A stretch of 64,000 nt of DNA from the human T2T-CHM13v2.0 reference genome, Homo sapiens (GCF_009914755.1 NC_060939.1); one strand, 5' to 3'; positions 1 to 16,851 are shown, counted from the stretch's first letter. Made by a program: numbers and translations. Notes: generated by a model not told the origin, from the letters alone.

Positions 1-312
1 GTTTTTGGTTTTTTTGTTTTTTGTTTTTTGAGACAGAGTCTCGCTCTGTTGCCCAGGCTGGAGTGCAGTGGCAAGGTCTCCGCTCGGTGTAGAATCTGCC
101 TCCTGGGTTCAAGCAATTCTTGAGCCTCAGCCTCCTGAATAGCTTGGATTACAGGTGCATGCCACCATGCCAGGCTAATTTTTGTATTTTTAGTAGAGAC
201 GGGGTTTCGCCATGTTGGTCAGGCTGGTCTGTAACTCTTGACCTCGAGTGATCCACCCACGTCGGCCTCCCAAAATTTTGTGATTACAGGCGGTGAGCCA
301 CCGTGCCTGGCC
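1..312 (-). mobile_element. Alu (AluS-like)
   Basis: T-rich tail, gagacagagtctcgctctg ... gagccaccgtgcctggcc. Confidence 0.93.
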
Positions 313-3300
313 ACTTAATAAAATCTAAAACTGAGTTCGTATTCAGATTTTTCTGGTTATCTCAAAAATACATTTTTACATTTGGTTTGTTGAAACAGTA
401 TCCAAATAGGGCCAACACAGTATTTGGTTGTTATGTCTTTTAAGTTTCTTGTAATCTGTAATAGTCTTCCTCTCCTCTTTTTTCGTGCCATTTTTATGTT
501 GAAAAACGTAGGTTCTTTATCCTGTAGAATGTCCCACATTCTAGATTTGGCTGATAGCTTCTTTGGGGTTTCATTTTACTTTCCTACTAACCCCCATGTT
601 TTCAGTTAACTGGAAGTTAGAGCTAGAGGTTTAATTAGATTCAGGTTTATTTTTGCAAGATAATAAGTGTTCTTATTTTTGCAAGAACACTTCCTAGTTG
701 GAACATGTAGTTTTTTGTTTCATCAGGAGGCAAATAATATCTCTAATATCTTACTTTTGGTGATGCTAAGTGGGTATGAGTGTTACCAGCTTGTAAGCGC
801 GCCATCCACATAAATCCTAATGATTTTAGCACCCATTTGTGACCATTATCTAGATCCATTATTTCATTAGGTGTTGCACATTGGTGATCTTTCAGATTAC
901 ATCGTTTCTTCCACATTTACTAGCTGTAATTCTTCTATAACAAAGTACTTTTGTCTATTTGGTTACCTGAAAGGAGGAAAGATAATATTAACTATTGATT
1001 TTCCCCCTTTATTTGTCAGTTTTCAGAGTAATGAGTTGATGCCCTAGCAACTCTCATTGGTGATCAATGAAAGGTTTTTTAAGAGTCATTATGAACTAAG
1101 GGCTACTTATATATTTGATGTATTTTGGTGAATTATAGTTATTACTCATTTTGATGCTCAGATTGACCCGTTAGTGTCCCCATTAGTCTTTGATAACTTC
1201 TTTGGTTTCGGACACAAGATATCCAGGCTCATTTTGTACAAATCCTTCTCCAGATTAGAATCAGTCATTTCTCTGAAAAACTGTTCTGTTGTGTGTGTTT
1301 AGGAAATAGTTTTTAGAAACAACAAACAGTTGTTAAGGGTTTGTTACTGTTGGGTTGTTATTCTAGGCATTTTCAGTGACAGAGCTAGAAAATACCTAAT
1401 TTTTAGGAAGAGAAAAATAAATCATGAGTTCGTATCCATGTTTATAATTGAAATGTAAGGACTTAACTTGGCTACTGTGATTTTTTTTTCCAGATTTTAA
1501 AAATAAGCTTCATTTTAAAAAAAATTAACGTGCGCTATTGGAAACTGAAAAACACAAGAAATGAGGAACAGAGTCATCCACAATCATAAGCAGTTTGACA
1601 TGCCCTTCTAGGTCTTGTGTGTGTATATACATAACATCCATTTTTATGTGATTGAGATCATACAGTATGTATCATGCTTTTTCACATATCATGAACATTT
1701 ATTAGTTCAGAACCCCAAAGCTACCTTCTGCCGTTCAGCTGCCAACCTATTGAATGAGTCCTGATACACCCTACCTAGGTGGTTTAACAGTTCCATGTTC
1801 AAGATGCGTCTTTTCCATCAATTATACCAAGATATTTACAAATTGGCTAACTCACTATCTCTGCTTTTTATCATACATTGTCACCTCAGGACATCTATAA
1901 AGCTTAGATGTTGCAAAATAAAGATTGAACTTTGTTCACAGTAAACAGATGAGTTACCAAAAATGCACATAGAGACCTATGGTTAAAATCTAAAACCTGT
2001 CCTCTGGATATGGAGACACTAGTAAAGAGCCTTACCCTTCACCCCTTTTCCCTCTTCTATCATTTCAGTGACTAAGTACATTACTGCATCTAGCTCTTAG
2101 AAGTAGGTTAACAAATACCACTCCCAGAAGACAGGCCTTCCTAAAAAAAAGGATGTTTAAAAACGGATTATTTTACTGCCTCTACTTTTAACATACTTTG
2201 AGCCTTAGGAGTTGTTTATCCTTTACACACAACAGTATTAACTAAATTACATATATAGAACAATGGTTAGACAATCTGAACTAATGTAACTCACAGGCAC
2301 AGAAGTCTTCTCTCTGCATGCTTCCTCCTCCTCGCCCCCCTCCACCTCACCCAGTGAGCAGGAAATGCAAACGCTCCTGTGAAATAACAAAAAAATACTT
2401 AGTGTTACTTTAGCTCTCATTGGCTACTCTGATTTTATACTTCTGTGCTCTTGAAACCATAGTAACAAAAAGTACTTTTTTGCTTGCTGCTTGTTACACC
2501 AGTCACAATCTCTGAATAGCAGCACTAATGACTGAATATAGTTTTCTTTCTTTGTGATACCTTTTTGTACCAAAAAGGTACTCCCAATAAGGAAGTACAG
2601 TGGAAATACCGTGTGAGATATATGCTTAGTTTTTTTGTTTATCCTTTCGTTGTTTCTTTTTGTTAAAATATGCATGCTAATATATTTTTAAAATTATATT
2701 TCTCATAATACACATTTGATGATCTTATGTTTATTTTAAAATAATATATTATGGATATGTTTTTAAACTCTCTTTCTTACAGGAAAGTTAGCATACTATA
2801 AACACTGTTCTGCCCTGCTTTTTCTCTTAATGATATATATTCTGGAGCTCACTGTTTATCAGCATGTAACTCTTCACTCCTTTAAACAGCTGCATGGTAA
2901 TCCATTGTGTGGATTACAGTGATTTATTCAACTAACCCCATATTAATTCAGTCTTCTCTTTAAATCCTAAGGAAACACTTTTGTGTGGCACAATCTGGTG
3001 TGAGAATTTAATATGATTGAAAATTTTAAAATATTGAAATCACTTTCTCAATTGTGTCCTTGAAGTAATTAAGAGTGAATCAAAGTTTTCGTGAAATGAA
3101 TTTTACTCACTCAGGCATTCCAATTTACTTTTAAACTTTAATCATTTTTGATGGAAAATTTTAAATTTATTACAGACATTTATACAGTTTAATCATTTTC
3201 TTTTTGCCATACCAGGGGATGTCTGCATTATTGAATTGAATTCTGATATTCTGTGCTTTTTTTTAGTTTTTCTGTGAATTCCTTGAATATGAAGTATTTG

Positions 3301-3583
3301 TCATAGTTGCAGTATGATATTCCTAAATTAATGCAGCTCTTGTATGAAGGTTTTTATCTCTGCTTTTTTCAAGGCTTTGAGGTTATGTACAGGAAAGTCA
3401 GTTACAAAACACCTGATGTTAACACGAATGGTGTTACACTCTAGTTTGTCAGACTAAAAATGAATTGTTTAAATTGAGAAAACAGTGCATTTTTGTCTTT
3501 GTCTAACTTTTTGCTATGGCATTTTAAAAATAATATATAGGTATGACTGTTTGCTTATTAATAGTAATATTTTCTTGAATCAG

Positions 3584-3749
3584 ATGTTCTGCCTTACTCA
3601 ATACGGGTCTTGTTGGAAGCTGCTGTACGAAATTGTGATGGCTTTTTAATGAAGAAGGAAGATGTTATGAACATTTTAGACTGGAAAACCAAACAAAGCA
3701 ATGTTGAAGTGCCCTTTTTCCCTGCCCGTGTTCTTCTTCAAGATTTTAC
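3584..3749 (+). CDS. IREB2: IRP2 coding exon 3 (166 nt; exons 1-2 lie upstream of the window)
   Basis: cag|ATGTTCTG...GATTTTAC|gtgagt; translates (D)[54 protein letters not shown](T), the aconitase/IRP N-terminus. Confidence 0.97.
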
Positions 3750-3817
3750 GTGAGTAATGGGTTTATTTTTTGTGAATGAACTCTTAGAGTGTGTTTCCTT
3801 TTTAAAATACAGACTCT

Positions 3818-4198
<381 letters not shown>

Positions 4199-4351
4199 TT
4201 ATAAACTTAAAAATTTTGCCCTTTCTAAACTGAAGCAATTCATTAAAAATTAGGCACTGTTTTGTACCATTTATTCAAAAACTGCTTTTGTTTAACTACC
4301 TTCTTATGATCTCTCAATAGGTTTCTCAAACTTAACATATTGAAAACTTGA

Positions 4352-4506
4352 TTTTATTTTGAGGTAGTCTCACTCTGTCACCTAGGCGAGAGTGCAGTAA
4401 TGCAGTCATAGTTCACTGCAGCCTCAACCTCCTGGGCTCAAGCGATCCTCCTGCCTCTGCCTCCCAAAGCTCTGGGATTATAGGCATGAGCCACCGTACC
4501 CAGCCA
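4352..4506 (-). mobile_element. FLAM-like Alu monomer inserted in an L2-like remnant
   Basis: Monomer flanked by aaaacttga direct repeats; host sequence resembles L2 (ctcaaacttaacat..., ctggactat...caatagtctcttaactggt). Confidence 0.75.
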
Positions 4507-5912
4507 TCAAAACTTGAGTTTTTGATTGTCTATCTCAACTCACCTATTTCTTTCTAAGTCTTTTCTGTTATAGTAAATGGCACCATACACTCCCATTTGT
4601 TTAGGCTTCAAATCTAGGAGTTAGCCTTGATTTTTCTCTTTCTTTAATACCCTCTAACCCAGTCTATCAGCAAGCTCTGTCAGTGCTACCTTTTAAATAT
4701 ATCTTGTGTCCAATTATTTCTTTCCATCTCTATCACTGTCATTGTGGTTCTAGTCCCATTCTCTCTTAACCTGGACTATAACTGCAATAGTCTCTTAACT
4801 GGTATCCTTGCTGTCACACTTGCAATCAATAGTCTGTTCTTTACACAGTAGATGGAGTGACTTGGTTACAAATGTTAAGTCGTATTATCCCTCCATATAC
4901 CAGTTGGCTTCCATCACACTTAAAATCCAGAGCCTTTACCATACTCTGAAAGATTTTGCCTGATCTAGGTGTCCAAGGATTATTTATTGGAAGAGTTAAC
5001 CTTGAGCTGAGTTTTGAAAGAGGCGTAGAGGTTAGCTGGAACATCCTCTTCACCCACCCACTCAAATCTGGTTTGTGTGCCACAGCTCTTTGTACCCTAT
5101 GTATGCTGCTATTATGGTACTTACGATACATAGCCGCATAAGAAATAAATGATATTTCTTACACCATTTATTCAGAAACTGCTTTTCTTAACTACCTGCT
5201 TATGATTTCCACATAACCAATAGGTTTCTCAAACTTAACATGTTGAAAACTTGATCTTATTTTGAGATACAGTCACACTCTGTCACCTAGGCTGGAGTGT
5301 AGTGATGTGATCATAGTTCACTGCAGCATCGACCTCCTGGGCTCAAGCTGTTATTGTATGCAGCTATTATAGTACTTACGATACTATTCTTTAATCATTA
5401 TCTTCCCTAAAATTTTTTTGAGAGCCAGAACTATGTCTTATTTGGCCTTGTACCATTGGTGTCTAGCACACTGAAGGCATTTGATAAATGCTTGTTGTAT
5501 AGTTGGCTGGATAGATGGGTGGATGAATGTAAAATGGCAAAAGCTACTGTGGATAGCTTTGGGGCAACACGAAGGCACTAGGGGGAAGGGGCTGGAACTA
5601 GGGAAAGGGGAAGGTGCATCAAAAAAATACATGGCAAGAGTTTCACAGGCATTTTCCCTGAAGTTCGCTTATGCCTCAAAAATTATCTCTTATTATTTTT
5701 GGCATATTTGCCCAAGTACTTCAGTTCTCAGATAATGTTTAATGTTAATTCTTATTAAACAGGATACTCCTAACTTATAAAGTACATTATGAAAAATGAA
5801 TGTAAACTAGACAGGGATACTTTTTAAAATATGAAAATGAAAAAGTTTATCATTTATTAAGCATGTATAAAAAACAATTTGGACTATAATTTGACCATTC
5901 TTTATTTTTTAG

Positions 5913-6050
5913 TGGAATACCAGCAATGGTGGATTTTGCTGCTATGAGGGAGGCAGTGAAAACTCTTGGAGGTGATCCTGAGAAAGTCCATCCTGCTTGT
6001 CCGACAGATCTTACAGTTGACCATTCTTTACAAATTGACTTCAGTAAATG
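5913..6050 (+). CDS. IREB2: IRP2 exon 4 (138 nt)
   Basis: ttag|TGGAATA...AAATG|gtactt; [45 protein letters not shown]. Confidence 0.97.
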
Positions 6051-6932
6051 GTACTTCAATGCAGATATTTATAGACAGCCATGCAAGTTAATTGGCTGGA
6101 AATGTGTCATGTAGAGGAAAAGGAATAGAGATAATTTATGGCAGAGAAAAGTATGCTAAATTTAGTATTGGCTAGTATATAAAAGCTAAAACTGGTGAAA
6201 AGTTTATGGAGTGGTGGGGTTTTTTTCATGTTCTTGTATTTCTGCTGCCGTTTTTGATAGAAATGAATAAGCCTAGGACCTGCTTTTTGGAGTGAACCTC
6301 TGTATTCAGTCTTTGTTTCCTTTTTTGTTTTTTAACCTACTTGTCTTTCAGAAAGAATCGAAAGATGTGAGTCATGAATGTTTTTAATTATTTGGTGATT
6401 AAAAACATTGAACTCACTAAAGCTCTATTTTCCTTCCTCTGAAATAAGTTTCTTGTATTTATAAGGCCCCTTTGACCAAGACCAAACTAGAGAAGACATA
6501 TTTCTGTTGCCATAAAGTAACTTTTTAAAAACATTCCCTGGAGTAGTAGAATAAGACTGCAATTTATTATAGCCCATGAGAGAGGTTTTGCCCTCGAGAT
6601 AAACTGTAGCTCTAAATTTCTTTTAAGTTGTTAGGGGGAAAAAATCTATTTCAGTACTTGCTAAAAGTTATTTAAATTAGTAGAGTATTTGAAAGTGATT
6701 TTACTGGACGCTTAGAATTCTGTTTTCATTTCTGTAAATTTAAATGACCTGTTTCTTTTTTTATATATATATAATCTGAGATTTGCCTTTGAAACCTGAG
6801 TTAAATGATACATTAGCCTTTAAACATCATTCAGTTACTTCCAGATAGCGTTGCTAATGTGCGTTTTTTTTTAAGAGCTAAATTTGTGTCCCTTTTAAAT
6901 GGCTTTATTTTGTTTTCTTTTTGGAATGACAG

Positions 6933-7151
6933 TGCAATACAGAATGCACCAAATCCTGGAGGTGGTGACCTGCAGAAAGCAGGAAAGCTCTCTCCACTTA
7001 AAGTGCAGCCTAAGAAGCTTCCCTGCAGAGGCCAGACTACCTGCCGAGGATCTTGTGATTCTGGAGAACTAGGCCGAAACTCAGGAACATTTTCTTCGCA
7101 GATTGAGAATACACCCATCCTGTGTCCTTTTCATTTGCAACCAGTGCCTGA
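6933..7151 (+). CDS. IREB2: IRP2 exon 5 (219 nt = 73 codons), IRP2-specific Cys/Pro-rich insertion
   Basis: acag|TGCAATA...CCTGA|gtatga; AIQNAPNPGGGDLQKAGKLSPLKVQPKKLPCRGQTTCRGSCDSG...ILCPFHLQPVP; phase 2-2 symmetric. Confidence 0.97.
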
Positions 7152-7597
7152 GTATGAGATTGTTTTTCTTAACGTTTATTAATACCAGGTTATTTTCCAG
7201 TTAAGAAAATCAAATTTATTCTCCTTCCCACCCAATTACTATTATGTTACCTTCACACTTAAGTACTGAATTGAATTTTTATATGTATTTCCTGTTATAC
7301 TAAAAGAAGTAAATTTAGTGAAAATGGTGATCTCTAAGTACCATTCTCTCTTACCATTACTAAGAAAGCAAACTTTTCTTAAGATTTATCTGTAAATAGA
7401 ATTCATCTTTTTGACGACTGTAAGCAGAAAAATGGGATCTCATTTTAAACTAAAATTTTTATTTTAGTATATTTGTACCATTCATATACTCGTTAGTCAT
7501 TCATATTTCTTATGTTAATTCCCTGTATATATTTTTAACATTTTTTTCCTACTAGGGGGTTTCTTATCTTTTCCTATTGCATTAAGAGCTCTATGTT

Positions 7598-9206
<1,609 letters not shown>

Positions 9207-11195
9207 TTTTTTTTTTTTTAATTTAGTAAAAAATTACTTGCACTTTAGGTTTTAAAAAGTTTAACACATTTAAGATTTAGAGTAGCTAAGAGTAATGTCC
9301 ATTCATTTATCCTAAGTACCAAATAATACGTTAATTCCTTTGTCCCTGACTGGATCTTCCAAATTCTGTCTAGTTCTAAAATATTGGGCTTAATATTTTT
9401 ATGAAGCCACAGGTTATAGTGACCTCGTGTGCTCTTCCTTTCTAAGGATTCAGTATAATCTCTGAGTCTTTTGCCATCAAATTTTGAAAGTTTTATGAAG
9501 TCACTTTCTTGTTCCTGTTGCCTAGTTGTCCTGGTTGTTAGGAGCATGTTGACTTTTGAGATTAACACCTCTTATACAGAAATTAATTTCCTGAAAAGGA
9601 AGATTTATTGATTCAAAATCATTGATTTCTTTAGTTTTTGTTTCTTTTTATAACTGGCACATCGTAAGTGCTTAGTGCTATATTTTTATTTCTAAAAATC
9701 CAATCTGCTGTAACATTTCCCCATAATTTTGACTCGGAATTACAAAGTATTAAGATAGATTATATTGTAGTTCCTGGCTATGTGATAATAGTTACTCATT
9801 TGTATCTTTTAATGTGTCAGTGAAGTATTAATTATTGACTTAAGAAGTTGAGTAGAAAGATGAGAGCATAACCTTTGGCACTTCAAATTACCCCCTAGTT
9901 TGAAGTCAGGTTATGAGCCAATAAATGTTTGTATGGCACTTTGTAGCCATAAGTGCTATTGAAAGGTAAAATAATTGGAGTGGCTCAGAAAGCTGTTTTC
10001 CCTGAGGCCCTGAGAAAAATCTCACTAAGATATGCTTGGCTTCAAAAGATGACTCAACTATGAATTATTAAAGTAATCTTTGTTTAAAAAAAAAAAAAGT
10101 TGTCCGAGTGTGGTGGCTCACACCTGTAATCCCAGCACTTTGGGAGGCTGAGGCGGGTGGATCAATCACCTGAGATCGGGAGTTTGAGACCAGCCTGACT
10201 AACATGGAGAAACCCCATCTCTACTAAAAATACAAAATTAGCCGGGTGTGGTGGTGCATACCTGTAATCCCAGCTACTCAGGGGGCTGAGGTAGGAGAAT
10301 CGCTTGAACCCGGTAGGGCGGAGGTTGTAGTGAGCCGAGATCATGTCATTGCACTCCAGCCTGGGCAACAAGAGCGAAACTCCGTCTCAAAAAAAAAAGG
10401 TTGACAATTAAACAACTGTAATTATCTGGACTAATTATCTGGTCCCTGGAGGACACGTATAATTTAAGTTATATTGATATTCTAGTCAACACCCAGTCAC
10501 CAGCTGGCAGGTAAAAGAAGCAGCTTAAAGCTGTTTGAAATAATTTTTAAAAATAACTATTAGATAAAAATAATTTTTTAAAAATGATACTATGTTACTG
10601 GTTAGAGGTCAATTATTTTTGTCTCTTAGTTTAAATAATTCATGTAAACTATATTTATAATCCATGTAAAGTGAACTGCTACTTATACATAAAGTAGAGC
10701 CTTCTTTTGGTATGAGATGAATGAAAGATTTTTGCCAAAAGCTCTTTTTAAACTGTAAAATGATGTTGAGATGTTGTTCGTCAATGCTGCATAGAAATAA
10801 TCAGCGCCCATCTCCTAGTTTAATTGGCACAAGAGCCAGGTGGGGAGGAAAGTACATGCTTGTCGTTGAAGCTACTACTTTCCTCTTTTCTTGCAGCGGA
10901 TAACCCAACAAAGTGTGTTTTTATTATCACTTGAGTACAGTTTTGGACATTGGTGTAATGTGGCTTTCTTACACTCAGTAAAATACAACTCACTTTTGTA
11001 GCTTTCCGGTGTGTTATTTTAAAGCAGAACTTTGTTGAAAAAGAAAATAATTCTGAGAAACCTAGTAAATAGTTCTTCCAAGGATTTTAAGAATATATTT
11101 GTGTATATATATGCCTAAGAACGATGACTTAGAAAGAAACAAGGCAAGTCTTTTTTGTAATACATACGTTTAATGCCAGCTCTTCTTCCTTTTAG

Positions 11196-11265
11196 ACCTG
11201 AAACAGTGTTAAAAAATCAAGAAGTAGAATTCGGCAGAAATCGAGAGAGGCTTCAGTTTTTTAAG
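11196..11265 (+). CDS. IREB2: IRP2 exon 6 (70 nt)
   Basis: tttag|ACCTGAAAC...TTTAAG|gtataa; PETVLKNQEVEFGRNRERLQFFK. Confidence 0.96.
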
Positions 11266-11271
11266 GTATAA

Positions 11272-12053
<782 letters not shown>

Positions 12054-12404
12054 TAGAGAAAGATGAAAACAGTGGCTCTAGTTTAGGAGAGAGAGCTTGG
12101 AGGGAGGGCCTTGTACATTGAGCCTTTCTTTCTTCTCATTCCTGAGAATCTTTGGAACGCAGTTGAATACTGCCATTTGTCTGGACTTTTTGAACATTTT
12201 TATTTGACCTAAATTAATTTTGTCTTAATAAAAAATACATTTAGGTTCAGTATCTGTATATTTGTTTTTAACTATGTGATATGAACTTTGTATTTACCAT
12301 ATTGAACATTAGTTAAAATATTTTTAATGTTAATATTACACCTTGATTGTGAGCACAAATTTATATACTAACATTTGTATTTCTTAAATTTAAACAAAAT
12401 ATAG

Positions 12405-12588
12405 TGGAGTTCAAGAGTTTTTAAGAATGTGGCAGTGATCCCTCCTGGAACTGGAATGGCTCATCAAATAAACTTAGAATATTTGTCAAGAGTGGTTTTT
12501 GAAGAAAAAGACCTCCTCTTCCCAGACAGTGTAGTCGGCACAGATTCACACATAACGATGGTGAATGGTTTAGGGATTCTGGGGTGGG
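12405..12588 (+). CDS. IREB2: IRP2 exon 7 (184 nt)
   Basis: atag|TGGAGTTCA...TGGG|gtaagt; [31 protein letters not shown]...[21 protein letters not shown] (aconitase DSH motif). Confidence 0.96.
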
Positions 12589-12878
12589 GTAAGTAAATGA
12601 CTAAATATATTTCATTTCTTTTGGGGTAAGGATGTCAAGAACATTGTAAAAGAACATAAATTATTGAGTTTGTATAGCCTCTTTGAGGCTCTGTGTTTTT
12701 CATCTGTAATAACAGCAGCAACAACAAAATCCTAATTGAGAGTTTGTGATCAGTGTTGTAAAAGAGGATTTATGAGAAGAAATTTACACAGTGTCTAGCA
12801 CAGCACTACTATTTGTGAAGTAATTGAATAATTGAATGATGATGATGATACGTCTACAAAGTTTGCTTCTTTGTGTAA

Positions 12879-13319
<441 letters not shown>

Positions 13320-13905
13320 TGAGCCCAGCTAGCTATGCTCTTTTATATGCCATGACTTTGCATAGGCTATTTCTTCTGGAAGAATGCTTTCTGCCGACCG
13401 TGACTTTGTTGAAATGTGGCTACTATTAACTCATCCAAGACTGTCCTCAGTTATCTTCTGAAAGTCTTAACTCCCTTGCTGAGTTCAGTGTACCTCACTT
13501 TGTAAGCTTACTCTTTCACAGGGTGTTATAAATGTTGATTTTTTTGTGCTTTTTCATTAGACTGAACTTGTTGAGGTTGGCAGGGACTGGATTCTGTTTA
13601 TATCTGTATCTGGAATACAGTGCAGTGCCTAACATAATGAATACTTAAACTAATGTTTTAACTTGAATATACTTAAAACTAATATTTTACCTTGAATATA
13701 AAGGTAAAATAATAGTTTTTCGACCGTGCGAGTGGAATCATTTCTTTTGGGAAGCCTTGGGTTCAGTGTCCACATTAATAGCAATATAGCAACTCTGCAA
13801 AGTACTGTGTAAGATAAGCTCATGAAACACCTAGAGATTCAGATGTTACAGAGATAAATGATCTTTAAATATACTGTGCTAATATACCTGTCTTTATTAC
13901 GTTAG

Positions 13906-14045
13906 GGGTTGGAGGCATTGAAACAGAAGCAGTTATGCTTGGTCTGCCAGTTTCTCTTACTTTACCAGAGGTGGTTGGATGTGAGTTAACTGGGTCATCA
14001 AACCCTTTTGTTACATCCATAGATGTTGTTCTTGGTATTACAAAG
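13906..14045 (+). CDS. IREB2: IRP2 exon 8 (140 nt)
   Basis: ttag|GGGTTGGA...ACAAAG|gtaagt; [46 protein letters not shown]. Confidence 0.96.
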
Positions 14046-14189
14046 GTAAGTTAAAGTTGTGGTAGCTCTATGACTTACTGAACATTATTTTTATAAAAAT
14101 TGAAGAGCTCTATGAGAGCAGGGATTTGGGTTCATTACTGCATCCTCAGGTCTCTTGACGTTAGCCACATCATCATAGTTATCATAGTA

Positions 14190-14445
14190 ATAACAACAAA
14201 CAGAGCATTTAGTTTGTACTAATAAATACAAAGAAATTTGTTGTGTTCACTTATGTTAGCTCATTTAGTCCTTATAACAAGCCTGTGAGATGGATACTAT
14301 TACTATTCTCATTGTAACTCTGAGAAAACTAAGGTACAGTAGGGTTTAGTGACTTACCAAAGGGTCGAAGGCCTGAGTAGTAAGGGGTAGAGCAAAGATT
14401 CCAGGCAGTCAGATTCTTGAGTCCATTGTCTTAACCATTATGCCT
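14190..14445 (-). mobile_element. MIR
   Basis: ctcatttagtccttataacaagcctgtgagatgg...attctcattgtaac...gaaaactaagg...agtgacttaccaaaggg...cttaaccattatgc. Confidence 0.7.
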
Positions 14446-15437
14446 TATTAGTGCCTTGTTGCCTTAATAAACACTTGCTGACTACATTATTTTTTTTCTC
14501 TTTTTTACTTGAATTAAAAAAAAATGTTTAGCAAAAGTTGATTGTGTCGTCTTTAATTAAATTATTTGCCCGTTAGAAACTGTTGCTCTACTAAGTAATG
14601 CTTTCAAAAACATGGACTGTAGAAATGTGATATATCATTTTTCTGTTGCCGTTTTAACATTTCTCTGGATTATTATGTAAAAATCTTCTCTCTGAATTTT
14701 TAAAATACTGGCTTCAGAACTTCAATACATACACTGAGCTTGTTAAGCATATTAATACACAGGCTCACGGATTTCCTAGTGAACAATAATTTGTAACTCT
14801 TCTTCCTAAATGTCTGGCCTTTGCTAACTTTATTTTAATGATTAAATCCTATTTTGTTAAATGAATGTACCTGGAAAATGTTCCACATATAATTCCAATT
14901 TGAGTCCCAATCTCAGCATTTTTGGTTAGATTATTGGTACGAAGGCTTTCTGGATACTCCAGTGTAAGGAAATGATAATGCCTCCCTCTCAGCATTTGGT
15001 ATTGATCCTTCTTCCCTAATTAGAAAAGAATTTGGCATCTTAGAGAAATTATTGATTCAACGTATGATACCAAAAGATCAAGTAGTAAATTGGGAATTGC
15101 AGGATTATTCCTAGAGGAAAAGGAGTATCCCATTATGTTTTTACAGAAATCAATTCTTTACTTTAGACATCCTGAAAACTAACGCTGCTTTTTAGCCTTC
15201 TCTAGCTGTTTTTTCCTGACAATATTACTGTGTGTTTTTTGACATTTTAGTTTAATGTTAAAAAATTAATCTATTATATATGTTTACATTTATTGAATAT
15301 ATTATTACTTCTTTTTTGAGATCCTGTTCCATTTGTGATCCTTATAGGAATAATCCTGTATTGTTTTTTTGATGAGAGCAGCATTTGGTTTGTAATATCT
15401 AATCTGTGTTTCTTTCATCCTAAAAAATAAAACCATA

Positions 15438-15750
<313 letters not shown>

Positions 15751-16241
15751 CCATAAATGAGGAAACATCTTTACACTTAGGGTTTGAGTTTCTGTATCTA
15801 TAAAAAAGGGTTTGGATTAAGTGATCCCTGGCACTTATAAAATGTTAGGGCTTAATATTATTCATAGATCGAGGATAGTTTCATTCTTAGTCGCCTCCTT
15901 AGTCACTCTTCCTATACCAATCTGAGACCATTTTACAATTTAGAAAAGACAAATAACTGGTTGGGTTACTTGATAGTATAATAACCAAGAAAAATAATTT
16001 TAGAAGGAATTAAGTTTGAAACCACATGTTAACAAATTCTACCAAAGTGGGATTTGCCTGTGATTAAAGATGCTGTAAACATTTGGGCCAGTAGTTATAA
16101 TTTGAAAAATGTTTATAGCCAATATATAATTTTTTATTTAAATATACAGTTTCATCAGTCTATTAGTATTTTATTAAGTCTAAGATGCCATCAGTGGTTA
16201 GCAAACACCACTGTTTTATGCACTGCTAAGAAAGAATAAAG

Positions 16242-16533
16242 GGCTGTGTGCAGTGGCTCACACCTGTGGGACGCCAAGGCAGGAGCATCACTTGAGGCCA
16301 GAAGTTCAAGACCAACCTGGTCAACATTGTAAGACCCTGTCTCTACAAAAAAAAAAAAGTTAAAAATTAGCTGGGTGCGGTGGCACATGCCTGTAGTTCC
16401 AGCTACTCTGGAGGCTAAGGTGGGAGGATTGCTAGAGCCACGGTGTTGGAAGCTGCAGTGAGCTGTGACCACACCACTGCGCTCCAGCCTGGGCAACAGA
16501 GTGAGACCCTGTTTCTAAAAGAAAGAAAGAAAA
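16242..16533 (+). mobile_element. Alu (AluJ-like)
   Basis: Diverged dimer; possible TSD aaagggctg. Confidence 0.85.
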
Positions 16534-16851
16534 AGGGCTGCCACCTAAACAGACACACTATTGAGTTGAGGTACCCTGATTTCAAAGACATGAAAATGTT
16601 AATTATAGCCACCTTGAGCTTTCAGGCCCCTTTCTACCCTGATTAACAGTGACATTGGACCAGTCTTCTCTTTACTTCTTATCTTAAAATACCCCCAAAA
16701 CCAGAATGAGTTGATTCATAAGGACAATGAAGGATCTCATTCCTTCACCATCACTAGTATTGGTTAAAAATTTTATTTTATAGTTTTCAGACAATCGTTG
16801 CTAATCTTATCTTTGCAATTTTGTATGTGTTTCTGTGTATTCCTTATATAG

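Noticed and set aside
13641-13697. Small tandem duplications (13641-13697, 21412-21443, 33012-33058, 36343-36379, 45323-45347)
   Set aside because: Ordinary slippage-type duplications with no sign of function.
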